This document shows positions 26,320 to 35,967 of a DNA stretch of 64,000 nucleotides, piece by piece. Origin of the DNA: an uncultured Solirubrobacterales bacterium (GTDB lineage: Bacteria; Actinomycetota; Thermoleophilia; Solirubrobacterales; JBBDJG01). The translations under genes and the position numbers were made by a program. The DNA lies in the NCBI GenBank assembly GCA_963716195.1, contig OY970293.1:152462-216461 (forward strand). Direction: 5' to 3'. Numbering within the stretch: the stretch's first letter is position 1; each line of letters opens with the position of its first letter. Under the pieces are notes generated by a model, which was given only the letters and a program-made list of their open reading frames with translations, had not been told where the DNA came from and searched no databases.

Positions 26320-27363
26320 GTGTACGGTATCTCCTTGGCCCGGGCGCTCTACATCCATCACCCCTCGTCACTCGAACACGACACGGGAGACCACCCCGAG
26401 AACGTGGCCCGTATCCCGGCGATCGAGCGGGCTCTCGCAGACCGGGACTGGCTCGGCTTCGAGCTCGTCCAGGCCGAGCACATCGAGACGGACCGCCTGC
26501 AGGCGGTGCACCCCGAGGACTACGTCGATCGCATCGCGCGCTTCTGCAGGAACGGGGGAGGGATGCTCGACCTCGACACGGTCGCGAGCCCGGGCTCGTT
26601 CGAGGCAGCGATGCACGCCGCCGGTGGAGCCGTCCAGGCGGTCGATGCGCTCGCGCGCGGCGAGGCGGACGTCACCTTCTGCGGTCTGCGCCCGCCGGGC
26701 CACCACGCCGAGCGATCGCGCGCGATGGGGTTCTGCCTGTTCAACAACATCGCCGTCGCCGCGCAGCACGCGCTCGACGTGCACCGCAGCGAGCGAGTGC
26801 TGGTGCTCGACTGGGACGTCCACCACGGCAACGGCACCAATGACATCTTCTACGCGACGGACTCCGTGCTCTACGTCAGCCTCCACCAGTCTCCGCTCTA
26901 CCCGGGCACCGGCGCGATGAGCGACAACGGCGAGGGGGAAGGGGAGGGCTACACGATCAACCTGCCAGTTCCTCCCGGCTCCGGTCACGAGGACTGGCTC
27001 TCGCTTGTACAGCAGGTCGCCGTGCCGATCGCGCGCTCCTACCGGCCCCGCCTGCTGCTCGTCTCGGCCGGCTTCGACGCGCACCGGAACGATCCGCTTG
27101 CCAATTGCGAGTTGACCGAGTCTACGTACGCCGCGATGACGACGGAAATGGTGAAGCTCGCGCACGAGCTGGAGGCGCCGCTCGGCTTCACGCTCGAGGG
27201 CGGATACGACCTGGACGCTCTCGCGAACTCCGTGGCCGCCGTGCTCGGCGCGTCACGAAACGGGGTCGAGAGCGAGCAGGTTGCCGCCGGCCCGCTGGCC
27301 GACACCGCGCGCTCTCACTACGAGCGCTGGTGGGATGTGCTCGCCGGAGCGAGCTCGCGGTAA
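26320..27363 (+). CDS. Histone deacetylase-family (class II / AcuC-like) deacetylase
   Basis: 347-aa ORF: RPPGHHAE...VLDWDVHHGNGT...SAGFDAH (zinc and catalytic motifs of the arginase-deacetylase fold). Confidence 0.85.
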   Translation: MYGISLARALYIHHPSSLEHDTGDHPENVARIPAIERALADRDWLGFELVQAEHIETDRLQAVHPEDYVDRIARFCRNGGGMLDLDTVASPGSFEAAMHAAGGAVQAVDALARGEADVTFCGLRPPGHHAERSRAMGFCLFNNIAVAAQHALDVHRSERVLVLDWDVHHGNGTNDIFYATDSVLYVSLHQSPLYPGTGAMSDNGEGEGEGYTINLPVPPGSGHEDWLSLVQQVAVPIARSYRPRLLLVSAGFDAHRNDPLANCELTESTYAAMTTEMVKLAHELEAPLGFTLEGGYDLDALANSVAAVLGASRNGVESEQVAAGPLADTARSHYERWWDVLAGASSR

Positions 27364-28274
27364 GCGGCGAGCACTCGCTGCGCCATTCGCCTGGTCGAGA
27401 AGAGCTCGGCTCGCTCGCGGCCCGCGATGCGCGGATCGTCGTGTGCGACGTGCGAGCGCAGAGCCTCGAGCCAGCGCTCCAGCTCGAACGGTGCGCACAG
27501 CACGCCGTCGAGGCCCGTGAGGGCAATCGGCGCCACTCCTACCGGGGTCGACAGCACCGGCACGTTGCAGGCAAGTGCCTCGAGGGCAGCGAGCCCGTAC
27601 CCCTCCTCGTCCGAGGTCACGATGACCGCGTTGACGGCGTTGATCCAGTTGGGCACGTCTTCCGGAGGGACTCTCTGCAGCGTCAAGAGCTCCACGTCGG
27701 GGAGCGCCTCCGCCAGCACGAGCGCGCGGTCGTAGCGCTTCACAGCCCGTTTGGGATCGGCGGCGAACAGAACGTAGGGGCGAAGCGGGTCGAGGCCTAG
27801 CGCGGCGCGAGCCTGGCGGCGGTCGCGCTGGTGGAAGCGCTCGAGGTTGACGCCGCACGGAAGCACCGCCACGCGCCTGCGCGCACCGGCACCGGGCAGC
27901 CTCTCGCGGGCCAGCGATGCAGAGACTGCTGCCGGTAGCGAGACGAGACGGGCGAGAAGACGTGAGAGCGGCCCGACGACAGGATGACGCAAGTCGGTTC
28001 CGTGGAAGGTGACCACGAGCGGCCCGCCGGCGGTCAACGCTGACCAGCCGCTGAGCCCGTAGTGGGCGTGGATGACCTCGAAGCCGCCGCGGCCGGCGGC
28101 GCGCCAAAGCGACAGGGCGGCGCGCGCGTACGACCAAGCGCCGGGCTGGAAGCGTCTCACCTCGACGTCGATGCCCGGCTCGCGGCGCAGCGCGTCGACC
28201 TGATCGCGCACGAAGACCATGTGCTCCGGCCGCGAGGCGGGCGGCCACATGTGGGTGACGATCAGGACGCGCAC
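27318..28274 (-). CDS. Glycosyltransferase family 4-like
   Basis: 318-aa ORF: MRVLIVTHMWPPASRPEHMVFVRDQV..., C-terminal SDEEGYGLAALEALACNVPVLSTPVG. Its 3' end overlaps the convergent deacetylase gene by 46 nt. Confidence 0.75.
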   Translation of the reverse strand: MRVLIVTHMWPPASRPEHMVFVRDQVDALRREPGIDVEVRRFQPGAWSYARAALSLWRAAGRGGFEVIHAHYGLSGWSALTAGGPLVVTFHGTDLRHPVVGPLSRLLARLVSLPAAVSASLARERLPGAGARRRVAVLPCGVNLERFHQRDRRQARAALGLDPLRPYVLFAADPKRAVKRYDRALVLAEALPDVELLTLQRVPPEDVPNWINAVNAVIVTSDEEGYGLAALEALACNVPVLSTPVGVAPIALTGLDGVLCAPFELERWLEALRSHVAHDDPRIAGRERAELFSTRRMAQRVLAAYRELAPASTSHQRS

Positions 28275-28480
28275 GCGACCGGGAAGGTACCTGGCCGCTC
28301 CGGCGTTGCCGCCTGGAAGCCGGCGTCGATCCGTGACGGTGTTCTGGCGCCAGACGCTGGAGACGTCACGTGGTAGGGGTCAGGCTGCTCGTGTTGGGCA
28401 AGGCGACTGATGACAGGGAGGTCGATTTGTACGAAGTACTTGGATACGGGCACGCGCGCCTGGGGGCGGCTGCGGAGCGA

Positions 28481-28669
28481 ATGCGCTCGACGATTGCGCA
28501 GCCGCGCGGACAGGGCACCGTCGAGTACGTCGCGCTCGTGCTGCTGGTTTCGCTCGTGATGCTCGGCGTGGTGGCGGCGATGAAGAACTACAACACCGGT
28601 GAAGGTCAGGAGCTTGGCGACCTGATCCTGAAGAAGATCAAGGAGGCGGTAGGCAAGGTTCGTTACTAG
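28481..28669 (+). CDS. Flp/Fap-type (type IVb, class III signal peptide) pilin-like small protein
   Basis: Internal ATG at 28481 of track ORF 28370-28669: MRSTIAQPRGQGTVEYVALVLLVSLVMLGVVAA... fits the Flp G/xxxxEY prepilin motif followed by a hydrophobic helix. No tad/cpa genes nearby. Confidence 0.45.
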   Translation: MRSTIAQPRGQGTVEYVALVLLVSLVMLGVVAAMKNYNTGEGQELGDLILKKIKEAVGKVRY

Positions 28670-28832
28670 AGGCCTAATACGGGTTCTCCGCACGCACGGA
28701 TGACGCGCGGATACCTTCGCTGGATCGCGCCGTCGGGACTTGCCCATGCCCACCGGCATGGGCTTCGCCCGCCGACCACGCCCAGCTCGGTCCCGCGCGG
28801 CCCCGCACGCACGGGCAACCCACATCAACCCT

Positions 28833-29966
28833 CTAGCTGGACGACCGACAGCGGAGGCGACCGATTTGCTTGGCCTCAGGGGTCGGGCGCCAGACCGGGT
28901 TTCCATACCAGTACTCGAGCGACGTGTCGACGAGGAACCGCGTAGAACAGCTGCCGTCGGCGTTCGACACGAAGACCCCGCTCCCGGGGCGCTCCTCGCT
29001 CACGCCGCCCGCCTGGTAGGCGATCCGCGCTCCGTTCGGAGACCAGCCGGGGCTCGACTCGTTGATGGTGGCCGTCTTGGTCAGCCGGTCGAGGTTGCGC
29101 CCGTCGCTGCTCGCCGCGTACAGCTCCCCCGCGATGCCGCACGATCCGCCGATGCAGAATCGCCCGTTTCGGTCGCGGTCGGTCTCGAACAGGATTCGCT
29201 TGCCGTCGGGCGAGTAAGAGGGCTCGCTGCCTTGAGCGATCAGCTCCTTCTCGTTGGAGCCGTCGGCGTCCATCGTGTAGATGGTGTTCCCGGTCCGACG
29301 CGTGTCGGGGTTATAGGTGGTGCGCGTGACCGCGAGGGTGTTGCCGTCGGGGGAGAAGGAGCCGGCGGCGTCGGTCTCGCCTTCGACGCGCTTCGTGAGG
29401 CGGGTCAGCCCGGAACCGTCCGGCTTCACCGACCACAGCTCGCCGCGCGGCAGCTGCCCCTCGACCGAGCTGCGGGTGAATACGATTCTCTTGCCGTCAG
29501 GCGACCACAGCGGGCTGCTCACGTCCCCGACGTCGGTCACCTGTCTGGGCCCGGAGCTGCGGCCTTGCTCGATGACGTAGACGTCGGTCTTTTCTTCCTG
29601 CGAGCCCGTGCGTTCGCCCTCGCCGCCGGCGAACGCGAGTTTCTTCCCGTCCGGCGACCAGGAGATAGAGGTGTAGAGCTGGGGCCAGGGGGTGCCGGGA
29701 ATCGAATCTCCCGTCAGCACGCCGCCCCTGCGGCCGCGGTCGTCCGTTATGGCGAGGTCGTGGACGGTGCTGTTTTGAAGCCGGAAAAAGGCCATCTGTG
29801 GCCGGGCCGGGTTCGGTGACAGGACTTCACGGGGCGCCGGTTGGCTCGGATTGGTCGCTTTGCTCGTCTCGCCCGAGTCGTCGCCGCCTCCACAGCCCAT
29901 CACGGCCAGCGGAAGCGCGAGGGTGAGCAAGACGAATGCGCGGCGGCCGTCCATGAAACGGATCAT
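28833..29966 (-). CDS. TolB-like beta-propeller (PD40/WD40-like repeat) lipoprotein
   Basis: Repeated W/F-SPDGK motifs (WSPDGKKLAF, WSPDGKRIVF, FSPDGNTLAV, YSPDGKRILF, WSPNGARIAY). Lipobox LALPLAVMGC after the ATG at 29966 (or 29954). The track N-terminal extension would overlap rph. Confidence 0.75.
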   Translation of the reverse strand: MIRFMDGRRAFVLLTLALPLAVMGCGGGDDSGETSKATNPSQPAPREVLSPNPARPQMAFFRLQNSTVHDLAITDDRGRRGGVLTGDSIPGTPWPQLYTSISWSPDGKKLAFAGGEGERTGSQEEKTDVYVIEQGRSSGPRQVTDVGDVSSPLWSPDGKRIVFTRSSVEGQLPRGELWSVKPDGSGLTRLTKRVEGETDAAGSFSPDGNTLAVTRTTYNPDTRRTGNTIYTMDADGSNEKELIAQGSEPSYSPDGKRILFETDRDRNGRFCIGGSCGIAGELYAASSDGRNLDRLTKTATINESSPGWSPNGARIAYQAGGVSEERPGSGVFVSNADGSCSTRFLVDTSLEYWYGNPVWRPTPEAKQIGRLRCRSSS

Positions 29967-30033
29967 TACTGAGATCCGCCCCTCGGTGTCGTGGAAAGTG
30001 CCGCCCATGACGTGGCCTTTATCCTGCCGGAAG

Positions 30034-30810
30034 GTGAGCCCGGAAAGACAGGCGGCGACCATCGCAGGAGGCACGCGGCGCGACGGCCGCGCTGCCGACA
30101 AGCTGCGACCGGTCACGATCGAGCCGGGCTTCGTCCCGGCCGCGGACGGTTCCGTCCTGACCTCGATCGGCAGCACGATGCTGATCTGCACGGCATCCGT
30201 GAGCGAGGGAGTGCCGCCGTGGCGCGAGGCGAGCGGGAAGGGCTGGGTCACGGCCGAGTACGGGATGCTGCCCGCTTCCACAGGAGTGCGCAGGCAACGA
30301 GACGCCGCGCGCGGCCGTCCCGACGGGCGCACGATCGAGATTCAGCGCCTGATCGGGCGCTCGCTGCGGGCGGCGGTCGACTTCCGAGCTCTCGGGCCGC
30401 GCACCGTGAACGTCGACTGCGACGTCGTCCAGGCCGACGGCGGCACGCGCTGCGCCGGCATCACCGGCGGCTACGTCGCACTCGAGCTGGCCCTGCTCGG
30501 GTTGGTGGAGCGTGGGGTCCTGGAGCAGCTGCCATTGACCACCTCGGTGGGCGCGGTGTCGTGTGGCCTCGTGGACGGAGTCGCCCTGCTCGACCTCGAC
30601 TACGCCGAGGACTCGCACGCGGAGGTCGACATGAACGTGGTCATGACAGGCGACGACGGTCTCGTCGAGGTGCAGGCGACCGGTGAGCAGATCACGTTCT
30701 CGCGCCCGTCGCTCGACGAGCTGCTCGAGCTCGCCGCCGCGGGAATCGCAAGCCTGCGCGAGCTTCAGGCGAAGGCGGTGCGGCGTGCGACTGGTGCTGG
30801 GGAGTCGTAA
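30034..30810 (+). CDS. rph: Ribonuclease PH
   Basis: RRDGRAADKLRPVTIEPGF...GKGWVTAEYGMLPAST..R......GR..EIQRLIGRSLR are canonical RNase PH blocks. Start assigned to the in-frame GTG at 30034. Confidence 0.9.
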   Translation: MSPERQAATIAGGTRRDGRAADKLRPVTIEPGFVPAADGSVLTSIGSTMLICTASVSEGVPPWREASGKGWVTAEYGMLPASTGVRRQRDAARGRPDGRTIEIQRLIGRSLRAAVDFRALGPRTVNVDCDVVQADGGTRCAGITGGYVALELALLGLVERGVLEQLPLTTSVGAVSCGLVDGVALLDLDYAEDSHAEVDMNVVMTGDDGLVEVQATGEQITFSRPSLDELLELAAAGIASLRELQAKAVRRATGAGES

Positions 30811-31357
30811 CGCGCACAAGCTGCGTGAGCTGAGCGCCCTGCTCGCTCCGCTCGAGCTGGAGCCGCTGCCGGACGAGATCGAGCTGCCGCCGGAGACGGG
30901 CGACACGTTTGCCGCCAACGCGGTCGTCAAGGCCCGCGTAACGGCGCGTGAGACGGACGGCCCAGCTCTCGGCGAGGACTCCGGCATCGTCGTCGCCGCA
31001 CTTGGCGGCGCGCCCGGCATCCGCTCGGCGCGCTTCGCGGGTGAGGACGCAAACGACGACGACAACCTTCGCAAGCTGCTGCGCGAGACCGATGAAGCAT
31101 CCGATCGCAGCGCTGCGTACGTCTGCTCGCTCGCGCTCGTCTTCGACGGCGAGGAGCACCTGTTCGAAGGACGCTGCGAGGGCACCCTTGCGCGCTCGCC
31201 ACGTGGCAGCGGCGGCTTTGGCTACGACCCGATCTTCATACCGGCGGCGGGTCCTGACGATGAAACCACCATGGCCGAGCTGGCGCCGGCGGACAAGGAC
31301 GCGATCAGCCACCGTGGTGAAGCCGCACGGCGGCTCCTCGAGTGGCTGGAACGATGA
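30785..31357 (+). CDS. rdgB: Non-canonical purine NTP pyrophosphatase (RdgB/HAM1)
   Basis: VRLVLGSRNAHKLRELSALL...EDSGIVVAALGGAPGIRSARF...FGYDPIF. GTG 30785 overlaps the rph end by 26 nt. Confidence 0.9.
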   Translation: MRLVLGSRNAHKLRELSALLAPLELEPLPDEIELPPETGDTFAANAVVKARVTARETDGPALGEDSGIVVAALGGAPGIRSARFAGEDANDDDNLRKLLRETDEASDRSAAYVCSLALVFDGEEHLFEGRCEGTLARSPRGSGGFGYDPIFIPAAGPDDETTMAELAPADKDAISHRGEAARRLLEWLER

Positions 31358-32349
31358 CGCACCGGACCCAGGACGAGCACACGACAGACCACGTCGACGG
31401 GCTGGTCGGGCCGGGCGCGATCGCGGCGCCCGAGGTACGGCCGGGTACGTCGAAGGCCGGCGCGGCGCGGCTGTCGATCGTGTCGAACTCCGCGCTGATT
31501 GCGCTGAAGCTGGTCGCGGGTGCGGTAACCGGGTCGATCGCGATCCTCACCGAGGCGCTGCATTCGAGCATCGACCTGCTCGCCTCGATCGTCGCCTTCT
31601 TCTCGGTTCGCAAGGCCGACGAGCCGGCGGATGCCGACCACATGTACGGACACGCGAAGATCGAGAACCTCGCAGCCGCGATCGAGGGCATGCTGATCCT
31701 GGTCGGGGCGGGGGTCATCGTCTACGAAGCCGCGCGCAGGCTGGCCCTCGGCGGGCACGTCGAGTCGCTCGGCTTCGGCATCGCGGCGGTGGGAGTGTCC
31801 GTGGTCGTCAACCTCGGCGTCTCCACCTATCTGTACCGCCAGGCGCGGCTTCACGACTCGCCCGCGCTCGAAGGCGACGCGGCTCACCTTCGTGTCGACG
31901 CGTTCACGTCTCTGGCGGTTGTGATCGGGCTGGTGCTGGTCGAAGTCACCGGTGTTGTCGAGCTGGATTCCATTATTGCCTTGATGGTGGCGGCGGCGAT
32001 CGTGTACGCGGGTGTGCGCATCTTGATGCGCTCCTCGCGCGTGCTGGTGGACGAAGCGCTGCCGCCGGAGGAGCTCGATGTCGTCAGGGAGGTCATCAAC
32101 TCCTACCCGAGCGCCGAGCTCGTCGGCTTCCACAAGCTGCGCGGCCGCCGCGCGGGCAGCGCGCGCCACATCGACTTCCACCTCCAGTTCGCACCGGGCA
32201 CGACGCTGGAGCGCGCCCACGCCATCGCGCACGAGCTGGCCGACCAGGTACGTGGGCGCATCCGCGGCGCCGAGGTCCTGGTTCACGTCGAGCCGGACAC
32301 GATCCCCCGTAAGGAGGACGGGAACGGCAAGCCGGCCGGTCGCAGTTAG
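31342..32349 (+). CDS. Cation diffusion facilitator (CDF) family metal efflux transporter
   Basis: 335-aa ORF: six TM helices, ALIALKLVAGAVTGSIAILTEALHSSIDL, HMYGHAKIE, and a cytoplasmic C-terminal domain. Confidence 0.85.
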   Translation: MAGTMTHRTQDEHTTDHVDGLVGPGAIAAPEVRPGTSKAGAARLSIVSNSALIALKLVAGAVTGSIAILTEALHSSIDLLASIVAFFSVRKADEPADADHMYGHAKIENLAAAIEGMLILVGAGVIVYEAARRLALGGHVESLGFGIAAVGVSVVVNLGVSTYLYRQARLHDSPALEGDAAHLRVDAFTSLAVVIGLVLVEVTGVVELDSIIALMVAAAIVYAGVRILMRSSRVLVDEALPPEELDVVREVINSYPSAELVGFHKLRGRRAGSARHIDFHLQFAPGTTLERAHAIAHELADQVRGRIRGAEVLVHVEPDTIPRKEDGNGKPAGRS

Positions 32350-32508
32350 CTACGGCAGCAGGTTCACGGCTGCGGCCAGCCCCACGAACAGCAGGACGGC
32401 GCTGTAGCCGTCGTACCCGTTCACGAGCAGCAACAGCGCGGCGATCGCGCAGATCCCCGTCGTGGTCATCCAGGCTGCCCGGCCGAGCGGCATGCGTAGC
32501 CGCCTATA

Positions 32509-32877
32509 TTGTCAGCGATGGCGGCGATCACCGAGGAGCTGGCCCTCCGCTACCTGCTCGAGCTTTCGACGGACATTCGCGCCGCCTTCCTTGTGGACGG
32601 CAGCGGCGAGTTGACGGCGTCGGCGCCGGAGCCGCCACCGGAGCGAATCGCGAGCGCCGGCGTCCGGCTCGCCCGGGAGGCGCGCTCGATGGCCGACGGC
32701 GGTAAGCCCGCCGTCGAGATCGACGTTACGCTCGAGGGCGGCGCAGCTTTCATGGTCTGGGAGGGTGGACCTGCGCTGGTCTGTGTCACCGGCCCCTTTG
32801 CGCTGCCGGGCCTGATCCTCCATGACATGCGCATCGTGCTCTCTGACCTTCGTCGCGGAGAGGAGACAGACAAGTGA
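32509..32877 (+). CDS. Roadblock/LC7 (MglB-like) domain protein (tentative)
   Basis: 122-aa ORF. The IRAAFLVDGSGELTAS...AVEIDVTLEGGAAFMVWEGGPALVCVTG pattern resembles Robl/LC7. The alternative ATG 32518 lies 7 nt after TATATT (32505-32510), which may indicate a leaderless mRNA. Confidence 0.45.
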   Translation: MSAMAAITEELALRYLLELSTDIRAAFLVDGSGELTASAPEPPPERIASAGVRLAREARSMADGGKPAVEIDVTLEGGAAFMVWEGGPALVCVTGPFALPGLILHDMRIVLSDLRRGEETDK

Positions 32878-33095
32878 GATATCCGGAACCAATGCGCCGC
32901 GCAAGTGCAGTGGCCGGTGACCTGGCTGCAGCCATGCGCCGGCGTCGCGAGCGTGGTCGCCCGCGAGTGCGCGTGCGCATCGCGCACGGACATACCGAGG
33001 TGCTCGCCGACGGAACGCCCGAGCAGGAGCGCCTACTGGGCATCGCTCGCGAGCTGGTGGACGAGTACGGAGGACGCTGGCGTGCCGGCCGCTGA
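32874..33095 (+). CDS. Small basic hypothetical protein (73 aa)
   Basis: GTG start overlaps the upstream stop (GTGA). Its 3' end overlaps the tldD start by 14 nt, so the evidence is translational coupling only. Confidence 0.4.
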   Translation: MRYPEPMRRASAVAGDLAAAMRRRRERGRPRVRVRIAHGHTEVLADGTPEQERLLGIARELVDEYGGRWRAGR

Positions 33096-34485
33096 AGCGA
33101 CGGCCCTGTTCGAGCCCGAGCTCGCCGCGCGCGTGCTGGCCCGCGCGCTCGCGCACGGGGGAGACCTTGCCGAGCTGTACGCGGAAAGGCGCACCACGTT
33201 CTCGCTGTCCCTCGACGACCGCAAGGTCGAACGCGCGCTCGGCGGACACGACTTCGGCGGAGCGGTGCGGTTGATCGCCGGTGACGCGACCTACTTCGGC
33301 TACGTGGACGGACTTGCGGAGGAGGACCTGCTGCGGGTGGCGGATTCCGTCGCGGCCGCGGTGCGGTCGGGAGCGACCGAGCCGCGTCCGCTGGAGCCGC
33401 TCGTGGTGCCCGCGGGCCAGGCGATTGTCCAGCGACCCGAGCTCATCGATGCAGCGCGCAAGGCCGACATGCTGCGCGAGTGCGATGAGCGCGCGCGCAG
33501 CCACGGCGGTGACGTGATCCAGGTGAGCGCCAACTACAACGAGGACCGGCGCAGGATCCAGGTCGCCAACTCGGACGGACTGAACACCGGCGACGATCGC
33601 ACGCGCGTGCGCCTCGGCACGCAGGTGGTCGCCCGCCGCGACGATCGCGTCGAGACGGGGATCGAGTCCCTCGCCGGCCACAAGGGCTTCGAGCTGTTCG
33701 ACGGCGATTTCGCGGCCGTCGCCGACACGGCTGCGCAGCGCGCGCTCACGATGCTGGGTGCGCGTGCCGCGCCTGCCGGGCCCACGACCGTCGTGGTCGG
33801 GAACGGTTTCGGCGGGGTCCTCTTCCACGAGGCGACCGGCCACGGGCTGGAGTCGGATGCGGTCCAGAAACGAGCGTCGGTGTACGCGGGCCGGATCGGC
33901 GAGCAGGTCGCGACGCCGATCGTGACTGCCTACGACGACGGCACACTGCAGGGCGAATGGGGCACGGACGCGATCGACGACGAGGGCACACCGTGCCAGA
34001 GCACGCGCGTGCTGGACGAGGGCAAGCTCTGCTTCTACCTCTACGACCTGACCCGGGCACGAAAGGACGGCGCCAGCTCCACGGGTAACGGGCGCCGCCA
34101 GAGCTTCCGCCATCTGCCGATTCCGCGCATGACGAACACCTACATCGCGCCCGGCGACGCTTCTCCGGAGGACATCATCGGGGACGTGAAGCGCGGCGTG
34201 TACGCGAAGTCGTTCGCGGGCGGCCAGGTCGAGCCCGCGACGGGCAATTTCGTGTTCGGCGTCTCGGAGGGCTACCTGATCGAGGACGGGAACGTGACGA
34301 CCCCTCTCAAGGGCATGACGCTGCTGGGCAACAGCCTCGAGGTGTTGAAGGCAATAGACGCGGTCGCCAACGATCTCGATTTCAGGAGCGGTTTCTGCGG
34401 CAAGGACGGGCAGCAAGTGCCCGTCGGGACCGGGCAGCCGACTGTGCGGATCGCGGAGATCACCGTCGGTGGAACCGATGCCTGA
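33082..34485 (+). CDS. tldD: Metalloprotease TldD
   Basis: The track ORF 32905-34485 carries a non-homologous N-terminus. GTG 33082 gives VPAAEATALFEPELAARVLARAL.... HEATGHGLE zinc motif; C-terminal GFCGKDGQ.VPVG.G.PT...I.VGG. Confidence 0.9.
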   Translation: MPAAEATALFEPELAARVLARALAHGGDLAELYAERRTTFSLSLDDRKVERALGGHDFGGAVRLIAGDATYFGYVDGLAEEDLLRVADSVAAAVRSGATEPRPLEPLVVPAGQAIVQRPELIDAARKADMLRECDERARSHGGDVIQVSANYNEDRRRIQVANSDGLNTGDDRTRVRLGTQVVARRDDRVETGIESLAGHKGFELFDGDFAAVADTAAQRALTMLGARAAPAGPTTVVVGNGFGGVLFHEATGHGLESDAVQKRASVYAGRIGEQVATPIVTAYDDGTLQGEWGTDAIDDEGTPCQSTRVLDEGKLCFYLYDLTRARKDGASSTGNGRRQSFRHLPIPRMTNTYIAPGDASPEDIIGDVKRGVYAKSFAGGQVEPATGNFVFGVSEGYLIEDGNVTTPLKGMTLLGNSLEVLKAIDAVANDLDFRSGFCGKDGQQVPVGTGQPTVRIAEITVGGTDA

Positions 34486-35839
34486 GGGGCCAGATCTGGA
34501 GCAGGTCGCCGAGCGCGCGGTCGAGGCGGCGCTGGCCGCGGGCGCAGATGCTGCGGACGCCTGGGCAGAGGAATCCGTCAGCCTGACCGTGCGGGCGTAC
34601 GAGGGCTCGGTCGAGAACCTGACCGAGGCGGGCAGCCGCGGCGTCGGCGTGCGAGCGTTCGTCGGCGGCCGCACCGGATACGGCTACGGGTCGGACCTCG
34701 ACGACGACGGGCTGCGCAGGGTTGCACGCGAGGCCAGCGAGTCCGCGGCAGTCACTCAGGAGGACGAGCACAATGGATTGCCGGACAGCTTCGGCACGGC
34801 GAAGACGCCCCCGCTGACCTCGTCCGAGATCGACTCGTGGTCGACGGAGCGCAGGATCGAGCTGGCGCTTGCCGTCGAGCGCGCCGCGCGCGAGCGCGAC
34901 TCGCTCATCTCGAACGTCGAGGACACCGTTTACTCGGATGGCCGCGGGCGCGTGGCGCTCGCCAACTCCGCCGGCTTCCGGTCGTCATACGAGCAGACCC
35001 AGGCCTTCGCCTACGCCTACGCGTTCGCGGGAGAGGGGGAAGACCTGATGACCGGACTCGGAGTCGGGACCGGGCGTGGACCTGAGCAGCTCGATCCGGA
35101 AGCGATCGGCCGCGAGGCCGCGGACCGGGCCCTGGCGCTGCACGGCGCGCGCCAGCCGCGCACACGGCGCTGTCCTGTCGTGCTCGATCCCTACGTCGCC
35201 GCCAGCTTCATCTCCATCATCGGCGGCACACTGTCTTCACGCGCGGCGCAGCGCGGACGCTCGCCGTTCGCGGGCCGCGAGGGAGAGTCGGTGGCTGCGA
35301 CGACAGTGCGTCTCGTCGACGACGGCCTGAATGCCGAAGGACTTGCGACGGCGCCGTTCGACGGGGAAGGAGTGCCCCAGCAGCAGACGGTGCTGATCGA
35401 GGACGGCAAGCTGCGCACGTTCATGTTCGACAGCTACACCGGTCATGTCGCCGGCCGCGCCTCGACCGGCAACGGCGGCCGCGGCTCCTACCGCTCGCCG
35501 CCTTCGGTCTCGAGCACGAACCTCGTGCTCGAGCGCGGCAACGTCACCGCCGAGGAACTGATCGCATCGGCGGGCGACGGCTTCTACGTGATGGACGTGA
35601 GCGGTCTTCACTCCGGCGTGAACCCCGTGTCGGGCACATTCTCCGTAGGGGCAAGCGGTCGCGTGATAGAGAACGGCGAGCTCGGCGCGCCGGCCCGCGA
35701 GGTGACGATCGCCTCGGACCTGGAGTCGATGCTGACGGCCGTGCGGGCGGCTTCCTCGGAGCCCCGCTGGCTTCCGTTCGGGGGCAGTGTGAACGCCCCG
35801 GCGGTGCTGATAGCCGAGATGACGGTGGGCGGCGGTTGA
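34469..35839 (+). CDS. pmbA: Metalloprotease PmbA/TldE
   Basis: 456-aa ORF of the PmbA_TldD family (GNGGRGSYRSPPSVSSTNLVLERG...GLHSGVNPVSGTFSVGASG). Overlaps the tldD end by 17 nt. Confidence 0.9.
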   Translation: MEPMPEGPDLEQVAERAVEAALAAGADAADAWAEESVSLTVRAYEGSVENLTEAGSRGVGVRAFVGGRTGYGYGSDLDDDGLRRVAREASESAAVTQEDEHNGLPDSFGTAKTPPLTSSEIDSWSTERRIELALAVERAARERDSLISNVEDTVYSDGRGRVALANSAGFRSSYEQTQAFAYAYAFAGEGEDLMTGLGVGTGRGPEQLDPEAIGREAADRALALHGARQPRTRRCPVVLDPYVAASFISIIGGTLSSRAAQRGRSPFAGREGESVAATTVRLVDDGLNAEGLATAPFDGEGVPQQQTVLIEDGKLRTFMFDSYTGHVAGRASTGNGGRGSYRSPPSVSSTNLVLERGNVTAEELIASAGDGFYVMDVSGLHSGVNPVSGTFSVGASGRVIENGELGAPAREVTIASDLESMLTAVRAASSEPRWLPFGGSVNAPAVLIAEMTVGGG

Positions 35840-35902
35840 CCCGCAGATCCCCGCAATTTGCGGGCTTAGAGATTATTTTTGGCTCTGCACCGGGGCCCGC
35901 GT

Positions 35903-35931
35903 TTGCCCACATCCGTCCCCATTGTTAGTGT
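35903..35931 (+). promoter_or_regulatory. Candidate sigma-70-type promoter of hup
   Basis: TTGCCC (35903-35908), 17 nt spacer, TAGTGT (35926-35931, TANNNT). Lies about 36 nt upstream of the hup TTG start with its GAAGGGGGAAG RBS. Confidence 0.35.
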
Positions 35932-35967
35932 GGCCGCGATTTTCACCCACTGACGAAGGGGGAAGTT

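Noticed and set aside
32350-32469. A 39-aa hydrophobic minus-strand ORF (MTTTGICAIAALLLLVNGYDGYSAVLLFVGLAAAVNLLP) abutting the CDF transporter stop.
   Set aside because: No Shine-Dalgarno, below any meaningful homology threshold, and hydrophobic peptides arise easily in GC-rich sequence. Possible small membrane protein, but unsupported.
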